Positions 52,097 to 60,333 of a DNA stretch of 64,000 nt are shown piece after piece; the first letter of the stretch is position 1, and every line of letters begins with the position of its first letter. Where the stretch lies: positions 2,378 through 66,377 of the forward strand of contig JBEVKB010000045.1 of assembly GCA_040509875.1 (NCBI GenBank), written 5' to 3'. A program made the position numbers and the translations under genes. The notes beneath the pieces are model-generated. The model was not told the origin of the DNA, did no database searches, and worked only from the letters and a program-made list of their open reading frames with translations. The stretch comes from Steroidobacteraceae bacterium (GTDB taxonomy: Bacteria > Pseudomonadota > Gammaproteobacteria > Steroidobacterales > Steroidobacteraceae).

Positions 52097-53458
52097 ATGG
52101 CCGCAATCAAAGGTTTCAAGGCATACGACTACCGCGGGCGCATTCCCGGCGAACTCAATCCCGAGGTGGCCTACCTGATCGGCAGGGCATATGCGGCATT
52201 TCTCCAGCCGCAGCGTGTCGTCGTGGGGCGCGATATCCGGTTGTCGAGCGATGAGCTGTGTGCGTCGCTGACGCGAGGATTGCTCGATGCAGGCGTCGAC
52301 GTTTACGATATCGGCCTGTGCGGCACCGAAGGCGTGTACTTCGCCACGTTCAGCGAAAGCATGGACGGCGGCATCATGGTTACCGCCAGTCACAATCCGC
52401 CGGACTACAACGGGATGAAGTTCGTCCGCGAGCAGTCGCGGCCCATCAGCGGCGACACCGGCCTGAAGGAAATTCAACGCCTCGCCGAAGCCGGCGAGTT
52501 CCCCGTTGCGACTCGGCGTGGCCAACGTCACGAACTCGATATCCGTCGGCAATACGTCGAGCACCTGCTTTCGTATCTCGACCGGCCGGCGCTGCGCAAG
52601 CTGAAGATCGTCGTCAATGCCGGCAATGGCGGCGCGGGCGCAGTCGTCGACCAGTTGGAAACGCAGCTGCCTTTCGAGTTCATCAAGCTCAACCACGAAC
52701 CCGACGGCACCTTCCCCAATGGCGTGCCGAACCCGATGATCGAAGAGAATCGCATCGCGACCATCGACGCCATACGTCGTCACGGCGCCGACTTCGGCGT
52801 TGCGTGGGATGGCGACTTCGATCGCTGTTTCCTGTTCGATGAGACCGGCGCCTTCATCGAGGGGTACTACATCGTCGGCCTGCTGGCGTCGGTGTTTCTC
52901 AAACGTGAGCCCGGTGCGCGCGTCGTGCACGATCCACGACTGACCTGGGCTACGGTGGACATGGTCGCGTCGCTTGGTGGCAAGGCTGTGATGTCGCGGT
53001 CTGGGCATGCGTTCATGAAGGATGTGATGCGCGCGTCGGACGCCGCTTATGGCGGCGAGATGAGCGCGCATCACTACTTCCGCCGGTTCGGCTACTGCGA
53101 CAGCGGCCAGATTCCGTGGTTGCTGGTTGCGCAGATCCTCTGCGAGTCGGGTCGTTCGCTGTCCTCGCTCGTCGAGGAGCGTATCCGCCTGTATCCAGCA
53201 AGCGGGGAGATCAATCGTCGTGTCGTCGATGCGGCGGCCACGATCCAGCAAGCTCAGGCTGTTTATGGTCCGCAGGCTCGCTCCATCGACTTCACCGATG
53301 GCCTGTCGATCGAGTTCGATCGCTGGCGCTTCAACCTGCGCTCCTCCAATACCGAGCCGCTGATCCGGCTGAACGTCGAGAGCCGCGCTGACGAACCGTT
53401 GATGCGCGAGAAAACCGAGGAACTGCTGGCTCTGATCGGGGGCGAGGTCGCGCACTGA
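52097..53458 (+). CDS. manB: Phosphomannomutase
   Basis: FKAYDYRG, TASHNP, DGDFDR, GGEMSAHHYF, RSSNTEP. Confidence 0.93.
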   Translation: MAAIKGFKAYDYRGRIPGELNPEVAYLIGRAYAAFLQPQRVVVGRDIRLSSDELCASLTRGLLDAGVDVYDIGLCGTEGVYFATFSESMDGGIMVTASHNPPDYNGMKFVREQSRPISGDTGLKEIQRLAEAGEFPVATRRGQRHELDIRRQYVEHLLSYLDRPALRKLKIVVNAGNGGAGAVVDQLETQLPFEFIKLNHEPDGTFPNGVPNPMIEENRIATIDAIRRHGADFGVAWDGDFDRCFLFDETGAFIEGYYIVGLLASVFLKREPGARVVHDPRLTWATVDMVASLGGKAVMSRSGHAFMKDVMRASDAAYGGEMSAHHYFRRFGYCDSGQIPWLLVAQILCESGRSLSSLVEERIRLYPASGEINRRVVDAAATIQQAQAVYGPQARSIDFTDGLSIEFDRWRFNLRSSNTEPLIRLNVESRADEPLMREKTEELLALIGGEVAH

Positions 53459-53742
53459 CGTCCTGTTGCGTCGTTCCCGAAATCAAATTAGCGCGTGGGC
53501 TCGCACATCGGCGTGGGCCGGCACTGACGTGTTCCGTGGCATCGGAGCATCTTTGCTGTAGTGCGAGTAGTTGTCCGGCGCGCGTCCAGCGTCGCAGATG
53601 TGTACGCGCAACCTTCCAAACTCTGCGGCCGATTGACACCGGGTGTACCCGCGCCCTGTGAAGAGGGCTTTACCGGCTTGCTGCCGGGCCCGCATTACGA
53701 CAGGATTCCCAATTCTCGTTCCCGACCTCATAAGGTGAAGAG

Positions 53743-54189
53743 ATGCCGGAGCGCTATATCCTGCTGGTTGAGGATAATCCCGACGATGAGGAACTCACGC
53801 TTCTGAGCCTGCGGAAGAATCCTCTTGGGCACGAGATCATCGTGGTTCGCGATGGGGTGGAGGCCATCGACTTCCTGTTTGGCAGCGGCCAATATGCTGA
53901 GCGCGATATCTCCCGCGCTCCCACCATCGTCCTGCTCGACCTGAAGCTGCCCAAGCTGGATGGACTTGGAGTGCTGAAGCGGCTGCGAGCCGATGAGCGC
54001 ACGCGGACGCTACCCGTCGTCGTGCTGACTTCGTCGAGCCAGGATGCGGATGTGGTCGCCAGCTATAACCTCGGCGCAAACAGCTACGTGCGCAAACCGG
54101 TGGAGTTCGGCGCCTTCGTCGAGGCTGTCAGCAGCCTGGGGCTGTATTGGGTCCTGCTCAACCGTCCGCCACCCCAACACGCCGCCTGA
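53743..54189 (+). CDS. Single-domain response regulator (Rcp1-like)
   Basis: LLVEDNPDD, LLDLKLP, VLTSS, YNLGANSYVRKP, LYW. Confidence 0.9.
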   Translation: MPERYILLVEDNPDDEELTLLSLRKNPLGHEIIVVRDGVEAIDFLFGSGQYAERDISRAPTIVLLDLKLPKLDGLGVLKRLRADERTRTLPVVVLTSSSQDADVVASYNLGANSYVRKPVEFGAFVEAVSSLGLYWVLLNRPPPQHAA

Positions 54190-54213
54190 TTGTTTCGCGA
54201 GGCGCTTCTTGCG

Positions 54214-54242
54214 TTGACCCTCTCGCTTCTCGTCCATAAACT
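54214..54242 (+). promoter_or_regulatory. Sigma70-like promoter of tRNA-Val
   Basis: TTGACC-17 bp-TAAACT followed by GC-rich discriminator. Confidence 0.6.
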
Positions 54243-54273
54243 ACGCGTCCCCCGGGGTCGGTACCCCAACAAG

Positions 54274-54348
54274 GGGCGGTTAGCTCAGCGGTAGAGCACT
54301 GCTTTCACACGGCAGGGGTCACAGGTTCAATCCCTGTACCGCCCACCA
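54274..54348 (+). tRNA. tRNA-Val(CAC)
   Basis: GGGCGGT acceptor stem, anticodon arm CTGCT-TTCACAC-GGCAG, GGTTCAA T-loop, encoded CCA. Confidence 0.95.
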
Positions 54349-54442
54349 TTTCCAGGCTTCAGCCCGGGTTTCTGAAGTGTGTTCGTCTCGATAGCGAGGC
54401 CCGCAAGGATTCCTCGAAGCCTCTCGAGGCCGTCGCGATACC

Positions 54443-55861
54443 ATGACCATCCGCACACGATTCGCTCCCAGTCCCACGGGCATGCTCCACATCGGCGGTG
54501 TGCGCACCGCGTTGTTCTCCTGGCTGTATGCGCGCCGGCACAACGGCACGTTCATTCTTCGTGTGGAGGACACCGATCGCGAGAGATCCACCGAAGCGGC
54601 GACGCAGGTCATCCTCGATGGCATGCAGTGGCTGGGTCTGGCGGCCGACGAAGGGCCGTTCTACCAGACGCGCCGGATGGATCGATATCGCGAAGTCATT
54701 GACGAATTTCTGCGCACCGATCGCGCTTACCACTGTTACTGCAGCAAGGAAGAGCTCGACGCCATGCGCACCCGCCAGCAGGCGGCGAAGCAGAAGCCCC
54801 GTTACGACGGGACCTGCCGGCATGGCCGCGAGGCTCGGCCCGGCGTGAGTCCCGTGGTGCGCTTCAAAAATCCATTGGATGGCACGGTGGTGGTCGAAGA
54901 CGCCATTCACGGCAACGTGCTGTTCGAGAACACTGAGCTGGACGATCTGATCATCGCGCGGTCCGACGGTTCGCCGACGTACAACTTCTGTGTCGTCGTG
55001 GACGACATGGACATGAAGGTAACGCACGTCATTCGTGGCGACGATCACCTCAATAACACGCCGCGCCAGATCAATATGCTGGAGGCGCTCGGCGCCAAAT
55101 TGCCGGTCTATGCGCATGTGCCGATGATTCTCGGCCCGGACGGCGCCAAGTTGTCCAAGCGGCACGGCGCAGTCAGCGTGTTGCAGTACCGGGAGGACGG
55201 TTACCTTCCCGAGGCGCTGCTCAATTACCTGGTGCGCCTGGGCTGGTCGCACGGCGATCAGGAAATATTCTCCATCGAGGAAATGACGCAGTTCTTCGAC
55301 ATCGTCGACGTCAACAAGTCAGCGTCGGCGTTCAACCCTGACAAGCTGCTGTGGCTGAACCAGCAGCACATCATGCGTGCCTCGCCGCAGCGGCTGGCGC
55401 AGTTCCTGAAACCGCAGCTGGCCGTGTTGGGCATCCACACAGACGACGAGGCGAAGCTCATCGCGGTCGCGCGCGCACAGCAGGAGCGGGCGAAGACTCT
55501 CAAAGAAATGGCGGAGAATTCCGGATTCTTTTTTCGCGATGTCGATACTTACGATGCCAAGGCCGCGCAGAAGAATCTCACCGCTGATGCTCGCAAGGCG
55601 CTGCAGGCACTGCACGGAAACCTGCAGGCGGTGGCGGTGTGGGACAAGGAGTCCATCCACGGCGCCCTGCAGGCGCAGTCGACCGAATCGGGCTTGGCTC
55701 TCGGCAAGATCGCGCAGCCGTTACGCGTTGCCGTGTCCGGCACCGGCGTTTCACCACCGATCGACATCACGCTGGAAGTGCTGGGCAGAGGCGAGACATT
55801 GAAGCGCCTCGTGCGCGCCATCGAATGGATCGACGCGGCGAAGCCGGCGACGGCTGGATAA
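54443..55861 (+). CDS. gltX: Glutamate--tRNA ligase
   Basis: RFAPSPTG, HIGG, RVEDTD, HVIRGDDH, KLSKR. Confidence 0.96.
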   Translation: MTIRTRFAPSPTGMLHIGGVRTALFSWLYARRHNGTFILRVEDTDRERSTEAATQVILDGMQWLGLAADEGPFYQTRRMDRYREVIDEFLRTDRAYHCYCSKEELDAMRTRQQAAKQKPRYDGTCRHGREARPGVSPVVRFKNPLDGTVVVEDAIHGNVLFENTELDDLIIARSDGSPTYNFCVVVDDMDMKVTHVIRGDDHLNNTPRQINMLEALGAKLPVYAHVPMILGPDGAKLSKRHGAVSVLQYREDGYLPEALLNYLVRLGWSHGDQEIFSIEEMTQFFDIVDVNKSASAFNPDKLLWLNQQHIMRASPQRLAQFLKPQLAVLGIHTDDEAKLIAVARAQQERAKTLKEMAENSGFFFRDVDTYDAKAAQKNLTADARKALQALHGNLQAVAVWDKESIHGALQAQSTESGLALGKIAQPLRVAVSGTGVSPPIDITLEVLGRGETLKRLVRAIEWIDAAKPATAG

Positions 55862-55927
55862 AAGGCGTCGCGAAACCGCGCAGGCGAGCAAATTCGCGGC
55901 CTCGTGGCGACCGGTCGCTACTTATTC

Positions 55928-55956
55928 TTGACTTTGCAGGCCGTGGCCAAGAGAAT
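55928..55956 (+). promoter_or_regulatory. Sigma70-like promoter of tRNA-Ala/tRNA-Glu
   Basis: TTGACT-17 bp-GAGAAT then TGCGCGC discriminator. Confidence 0.6.
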
Positions 55957-55972
55957 TGCGCGCTTCCCACGT

Positions 55973-56048
<76 letters not shown>

Positions 56049-56061
56049 AAAGTTCATCTGT

Positions 56062-56137
56062 GTCCCCATCGTCTAGAGGCCTAGGACACTGCCCTTTCAC
56101 GGCGGCGACAGGGGTTCGAATCCCCTTGGGGACACCA
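56062..56137 (+). tRNA. tRNA-Glu(TTC)
   Basis: GTCCCCATCGTCTAG..., anticodon arm CTGCC-CTTTCAC-GGCGG, GGTTCGAATCC, CCA. Confidence 0.96.
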
Positions 56138-56804
56138 TCAGTAAACACCGGGCGTGAAAGGCCCGGTAGCGATCCCGCGATCCCCATCCGGGCCGAGCAC
56201 CTCCCATCGACGGATGCAGGCAGTAGCGCTCTCGTTACCCTGAAGTCACTCGATTACACCAAGCGCTGCGCAAGACGGAAGCTGGTGACGAGATCGATGC
56301 TTGCAGATCGGAAAACGTCTGCCTCTCTCACAAATTTTTCCTGCCTCATCACGATGCACGCGTGCGCTTCGAAGCGCAGTACGAGTGCGCCACATGCACG
56401 ACACGATGACGTGCATGCGAGCGACATCGAGTGCGATTTTTTTCAATTTCACGGCAGGATATTTTTTTCCTGCTGAGAACCAACGGTATACACGGCGCAG
56501 ATAAACTTTTGCGGGACGAGCGTGCGTCTCTAAGGCGTTGCGATTATGTTTTTCGCTCACGGGTAGGGTATGCGAAAGAGTGTGCGTGTCGCGCGGTTCG
56601 CGCCGGATGCCTAAATCGAAAACAGGAAAATTTCAGCGGTTTAATAGCTGTTTTCACCTCGCTCATCGCGACACACGCCGCACGCCGAGGCGCGTGTCGA
56701 TCATCCGATCATCGCAGCCTGTTACAAAAAATCGAATGGAACATTTCGCAATGTCGTCGTGCTGAGACATTGTGTGACCTGGAATTATGAGGTTTACTCT
56801 CGCC

Positions 56805-56889
56805 ACCGAATCAAAGGGCAAACTCGTCGCAAGGCGAGGACGCAAAGCCACCGGTCTGCGGAGTTTCCGAAGACAGCGGGGTTGCCGGT
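56805..56889 (+). promoter_or_regulatory. c-di-GMP-I (GEMM) riboswitch aptamer 1
   Basis: GGGCAAA-CTCGTC-GCAA-GGCGAG-GACGCAAAGCCACCGGTCT...AGACAGCGGGGTTGCC; P1 ACCG/CGGT; G20, A47, C92 equivalents intact. Confidence 0.92.
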
Positions 56890-56923
56890 AAGCAGAGCAA
56901 GTCATGCTCTGGCCGTCACCTCA

Positions 56924-56939
56924 TGTGATCTTCATCACA
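56924..56939. promoter_or_regulatory. CRP/Clp/Vfr-family binding box
   Basis: TGTGA-TCTTCA-TCACA, exact match to the TGTGA-N6-TCACA core. Confidence 0.5.
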
Positions 56940-57021
56940 CTCCCGCACATCGTCAGCTGCCCTTTCTCGGCAGGAGCGTTTCGCACCTCGCGGTGCTGAG
57001 GCGCATTTGGAGTTTGCTTTA

Positions 57022-57109
57022 GTTTGTTAAAGGCAAACCCGTCGTGAGGCGGGGACGCAAAGCCACCGGTCTGCGGGACGAGTTCCCGAAGATAGCGGGG
57101 TTGCCAAAT
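57022..57109 (+). promoter_or_regulatory. c-di-GMP-I (GEMM) riboswitch aptamer 2
   Basis: AGGCAAA-CCCGTC-GTGA-GGCGGG-GACGCAAAGCCACCGGTCT...AGATAGCGGGGTTGCC; P1 GTTTG/CAAAT. Confidence 0.92.
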
Positions 57110-57241
57110 GACCGATTGAGCGGAGCGAGTCCTTTAGTTCGCTTCGCCGTGGAATTTCATTTGTCACGTCAGGCCTTTTTCGAACACCGCGCTCTTTCGC
57201 TCGTACTCCTACGAGCTAGTTCGCTCAGCGAGGTGTAACGG

Positions 57242-57952
57242 ATGTCATCTGGTGTACGTTTCTTGGAATCGTGCAACTCATGGGTAGTCGTCGCGATGCT
57301 CGGCTGCCTGGTTGCTACCACTGGTTGCAAGGGTGGCGGTGGCTCCGGCGCTCCATCGCAAGCCGCGTCGACGTCATCTACGGCGCCGCCGCTTGCCGCT
57401 CCAAATCAGACACCGACCATTTCCGGTTCGCCGGGCTCGACCATCGTCGCCGGGCAGAAGTACACGTTCGTTCCGGTCGCCGCCGACGCCGACGGTGACA
57501 CGCTCGGTTTCTCGATCGCCAATCGTCCGACGTGGGCCCAGTTCGATACGGCAACGGGCCGCCTCTCAGGCACGCCAACCGTCAGCAATACAGGCTCGTT
57601 CGCGGGCATCCTGATTTCCGTGAGCGATGGTAAGTCCACGACGGCGCTGCCTACTTTTGCGCTGAATGTAACTCCAGCGGCTGCGCCGAGCAGCGGCGCC
57701 GCGACGCTCTCGTGGGCGGCGCCGACAGTCAATGTGGATGGATCGGCGTTGACCAACCTCGCCGGTTATCGAATCCGCTACGGCACGAAGGCCAACCAGT
57801 TGACGCAGGAGATCACCATCAACAATGCAGGCCTCACCACGTACATGGTCACCGACCTGACGCCTGCGACGTACTACTTCGCCATCCAGGCAGTCAACAG
57901 TGCCGGGGCGGAAAGCGCGTTGTCGAGCATTGCAAGCAAGACGATTTCCTGA
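57242..57952 (+). CDS. Putative lipoprotein with Ig-like (He_PIG/cadherin-like) and FN3 domains
   Basis: SD GAGGTG, lipobox-like TTGC, S/T/A/G linker, PTISGSP..DADGD.L.FSI.NRP.WA.F...TGRLSGTP, FN3-like LSW.AP..N.DGS.L..LAGYRI.YG. Confidence 0.8.
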   Translation: MSSGVRFLESCNSWVVVAMLGCLVATTGCKGGGGSGAPSQAASTSSTAPPLAAPNQTPTISGSPGSTIVAGQKYTFVPVAADADGDTLGFSIANRPTWAQFDTATGRLSGTPTVSNTGSFAGILISVSDGKSTTALPTFALNVTPAAAPSSGAATLSWAAPTVNVDGSALTNLAGYRIRYGTKANQLTQEITINNAGLTTYMVTDLTPATYYFAIQAVNSAGAESALSSIASKTIS

Positions 57953-58036
57953 TTTTCCAGTAGCGGCTGGCGGAGGAGGGCGGCCTGCAAGCATCCGCCC
58001 CGCGCCACGAGATAGCGGCGTGGCGAGTGCCTTTAC

Positions 58037-58123
58037 GTCGAGCAAGGACAAAACCGCTGGACGGCGGTGATGCAACTCCCGTCCCACGATTCGCCGTGAA
58101 TCGAGGATGGCGGAGCTGCTGGC
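58037..58123 (+). promoter_or_regulatory. Divergent GEMM-like RNA (variant or degenerate c-di-GMP-I aptamer)
   Basis: GGACAAA-ACCGCT-GGAC-GGCGGT-GATGCAA-CTCC-CGTCC...GGATG-GC-GGAG-CTGCTGG; same stem architecture as aptamers 1/2. Confidence 0.55.
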
Positions 58124-58260
58124 CGGTTGATCAGTCAACGGGTCGAGCGCTCGGTTTCCCATTCGTATGACCCGACAGAAGCTGCCCGACAGTTTCGTGC
58201 AGGTCATTGGCAACGCAAGTTGCCGGCGCGTCTCGAAGGCGGCGCCGGCACGAGGCTCGC

Positions 58261-59142
58261 ATGAACACGACAAAAATCACTGCCCTGTTGTCTCTGTTGC
58301 TGTTGTCGACCGCAGCGACAGCCGCCGCCAATCGCCCACCGACGATTTCCGGCGTGCCCGCGAAGTCGGTCGCGGTGAAGCAGACCTATCGCTTCTACGC
58401 TGTGGCGAAGGATCCGGACGGCAGCAAGGTATCGTTTACCATTAAGAACATGCCGTCCTGGGCATGGTTCGATGCGAAGAGCGGCGTGCTGGGCGGCGAG
58501 CCTCAAGCGGCAGGGACTTACTCGAACATCATCATCAGCGCGAGCGACGGCAAGGCGAGTGTCTCGCTGCCGGCCTTCAGCATTACCGCGGTCGCCGCTA
58601 CTGGCAGCGCCCCGCGCTTGAGCGGCAGTCCTGTCGGTAATGTTGCTCCAGGTAGCGCCTACGTGTTCCAGCCGACTGCTGTCGATGCCAACGGCGATGC
58701 GCTGGCATTTTCCATCTCCAACAAGCCGTCGTGGGCAACCTTCAGCACCATCACCGGTCGCTTGTCTGGCGCACCGCAGTTGCGTGACGTAGCGACTTAC
58801 AGCGGCATAGTAATCAGCGTCAGCGACGGTAAGTCGGTTGCCGCCTTGCCAGCCTTCGCGATCGTGGTGGCGCGGAGCTCTTCGGGATCCGTCGCGCTCT
58901 CATGGACACCGCCGACGGCGAACACGGACGGCTCAACCCTGGTGAATCTCGCCGGCTACCGTATCTATCACGGTTCCACTGCCAATTCCCTGAACCAGGT
59001 GATCGAAGTAGCCAACCCGGGTATCGCCAGCTACGTCGTGCAAGGACTGCCGGCCGGCACACACTATTTCGCGGTGAAGTCGTATTCCGCCAACGGTGCC
59101 GAAAGCGGCCACTCCGCGATTGGCAGCAAGAAAGTTCTGTAA
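58261..59142 (+). CDS. Secreted protein with two Ig-like (He_PIG) domains and an FN3 domain
   Basis: Sec signal MNTTKITALLSLLLLSTAATAAA, two repeats ending ISASDGK/ISVSDGK, FN3-like C-terminus paralogous to upstream gene. Confidence 0.82.
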   Translation: MNTTKITALLSLLLLSTAATAAANRPPTISGVPAKSVAVKQTYRFYAVAKDPDGSKVSFTIKNMPSWAWFDAKSGVLGGEPQAAGTYSNIIISASDGKASVSLPAFSITAVAATGSAPRLSGSPVGNVAPGSAYVFQPTAVDANGDALAFSISNKPSWATFSTITGRLSGAPQLRDVATYSGIVISVSDGKSVAALPAFAIVVARSSSGSVALSWTPPTANTDGSTLVNLAGYRIYHGSTANSLNQVIEVANPGIASYVVQGLPAGTHYFAVKSYSANGAESGHSAIGSKKVL

Positions 59143-59197
59143 TGGATGATGAATGGGTGGGCGCGAAGACTGCGCCCATCGTCTTGCCGAGGGAAGG

Positions 59198-59668
59198 TCA
59201 GTCGATCATCTGCGATTGGGCATAGTTCTCTGCGCCGACGCGGTCGATGAGGCTCAGCTGGGTCTGCAACCAGTCGATATGGTCTTCTTCCGATTCCAGT
59301 ATCCGCTCGAACAATTCGCGCGACACGTAATCTCCGAGCTTCTCGCAATCGGCAATGGCGACCTTCAGGGGTGCATGCGCCAGCAGTTCGAGCTTGAGAT
59401 CGCATTCGATCACTTCGCGCACATTCTCGCCGATCATCAATTTCCCCAGGTCCTGCAGGTTGGGCAGGCCGTCCAGGAACAGGATGCGCTCGATCAGCTT
59501 ATCCGCGTGCTTCATCTCGTCGATGGACTCTTCGTACTCGTGCTTGGCGAGACGTTTGAGCCCCCAGTTGCGAAACATTCGCGAATGTAGGAAATACTGG
59601 TTGATGGCGGTGAGCTCGTTGCGGAGCACGCCATTGAGATGTTTGATGACTACGGGATCGCCTTGCAT
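59198..59668 (-). CDS. bfr: Bacterioferritin
   Basis: [22 protein letters not shown] (heme Met52), [19 protein letters not shown]; SD GGAGG. Confidence 0.96.
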   Translation of the reverse strand: MQGDPVVIKHLNGVLRNELTAINQYFLHSRMFRNWGLKRLAKHEYEESIDEMKHADKLIERILFLDGLPNLQDLGKLMIGENVREVIECDLKLELLAHAPLKVAIADCEKLGDYVSRELFERILESEEDHIDWLQTQLSLIDRVGAENYAQSQMID

Positions 59669-59788
59669 GAATTCCTCCGGACTGCGGGAGGCGATGTTGT
59701 CGAACGACGGTCGGAAACGCAACGCGGATTTCCGACAAGCTTCATGAATGAAGGTCGTGCAGAGGAGGGAAGCCCTCGATCTCTCAGC

Positions 59789-59977
59789 TCAGGCGGCGGC
59801 CCGACAGCATCTACGGTTGCGCTCGGTCTCGATGATTTCTACGGCGGTTTCCTCGCAGGTCCCGCAACAGGTGGCCACGGGCAACTGGCGTTGCAAGGCC
59901 GGCAGTGAATCGGCGCCGCGATGGACCATCTCGCGGATCTGGCGATCTGTGACGTTATTGCAGAGGCAGACGTACAT
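59789..59977 (-). CDS. bfd: Bacterioferritin-associated ferredoxin
   Basis: MYVCLCNNVTDRQI...CCGTC [2Fe-2S] pattern, upstream of bfr. Confidence 0.92.
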   Translation of the reverse strand: MYVCLCNNVTDRQIREMVHRGADSLPALQRQLPVATCCGTCEETAVEIIETERNRRCCRAAA

Positions 59978-60018
59978 GGTGCTCGAGAGCGCTGGGTAGG
60001 TGAGGCCATCTCAACGCA

Positions 60019-60037
60019 AATGCGAACGATTGTCAAT
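60019..60037 (-). promoter_or_regulatory. Fur-like box upstream of bfd
   Basis: Minus strand ATTGACAATCGTTCGCATT, 14/19 to AATGATAATCATTATCATT, overlapping a TTGACA -35 hexamer. Confidence 0.65.
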
Positions 60038-60333
60038 AAGATTGAAGGAAATGGATCGCAGTTTCCGCAACCCCCGGCCTTTCCCGACTCTCAGCGATGC
60101 CGAAGGCGCATTGCTAGGGTTTCCATGCCAGTTGGCGTAGTCCGGAGTATTCGTTTGCCGGGACTTGTGAGGACGACCGCAGGTATTGCCATGCTTTCGT
60201 GAGAACCTCCCCGGCCGTCCAGTCCGGGTAGGGTCTGTTTTGAACCAGGTGATAATGATTTCCCCAACCGCTCCGCGATCCGCTCCGCCGCCTGCGCCGC
60301 CATTCGATTGCGGTTGCCGCAGCTGATCCGCTC

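Noticed and set aside
56805-57109. c-AMP-GMP (GEMM-Ib) specificity for aptamers 1 and 2
   Set aside because: Both carry G, not A, at the position equivalent to G20
56138-59142. Genomic island integrated at tRNA-Glu
   Set aside because: No integrase and no downstream duplicate of the tRNA 3' end seen
60251-60269. Second Fur box (GATAATGAT...)
   Set aside because: Only a half-site matches; the 60019-60037 site is much better
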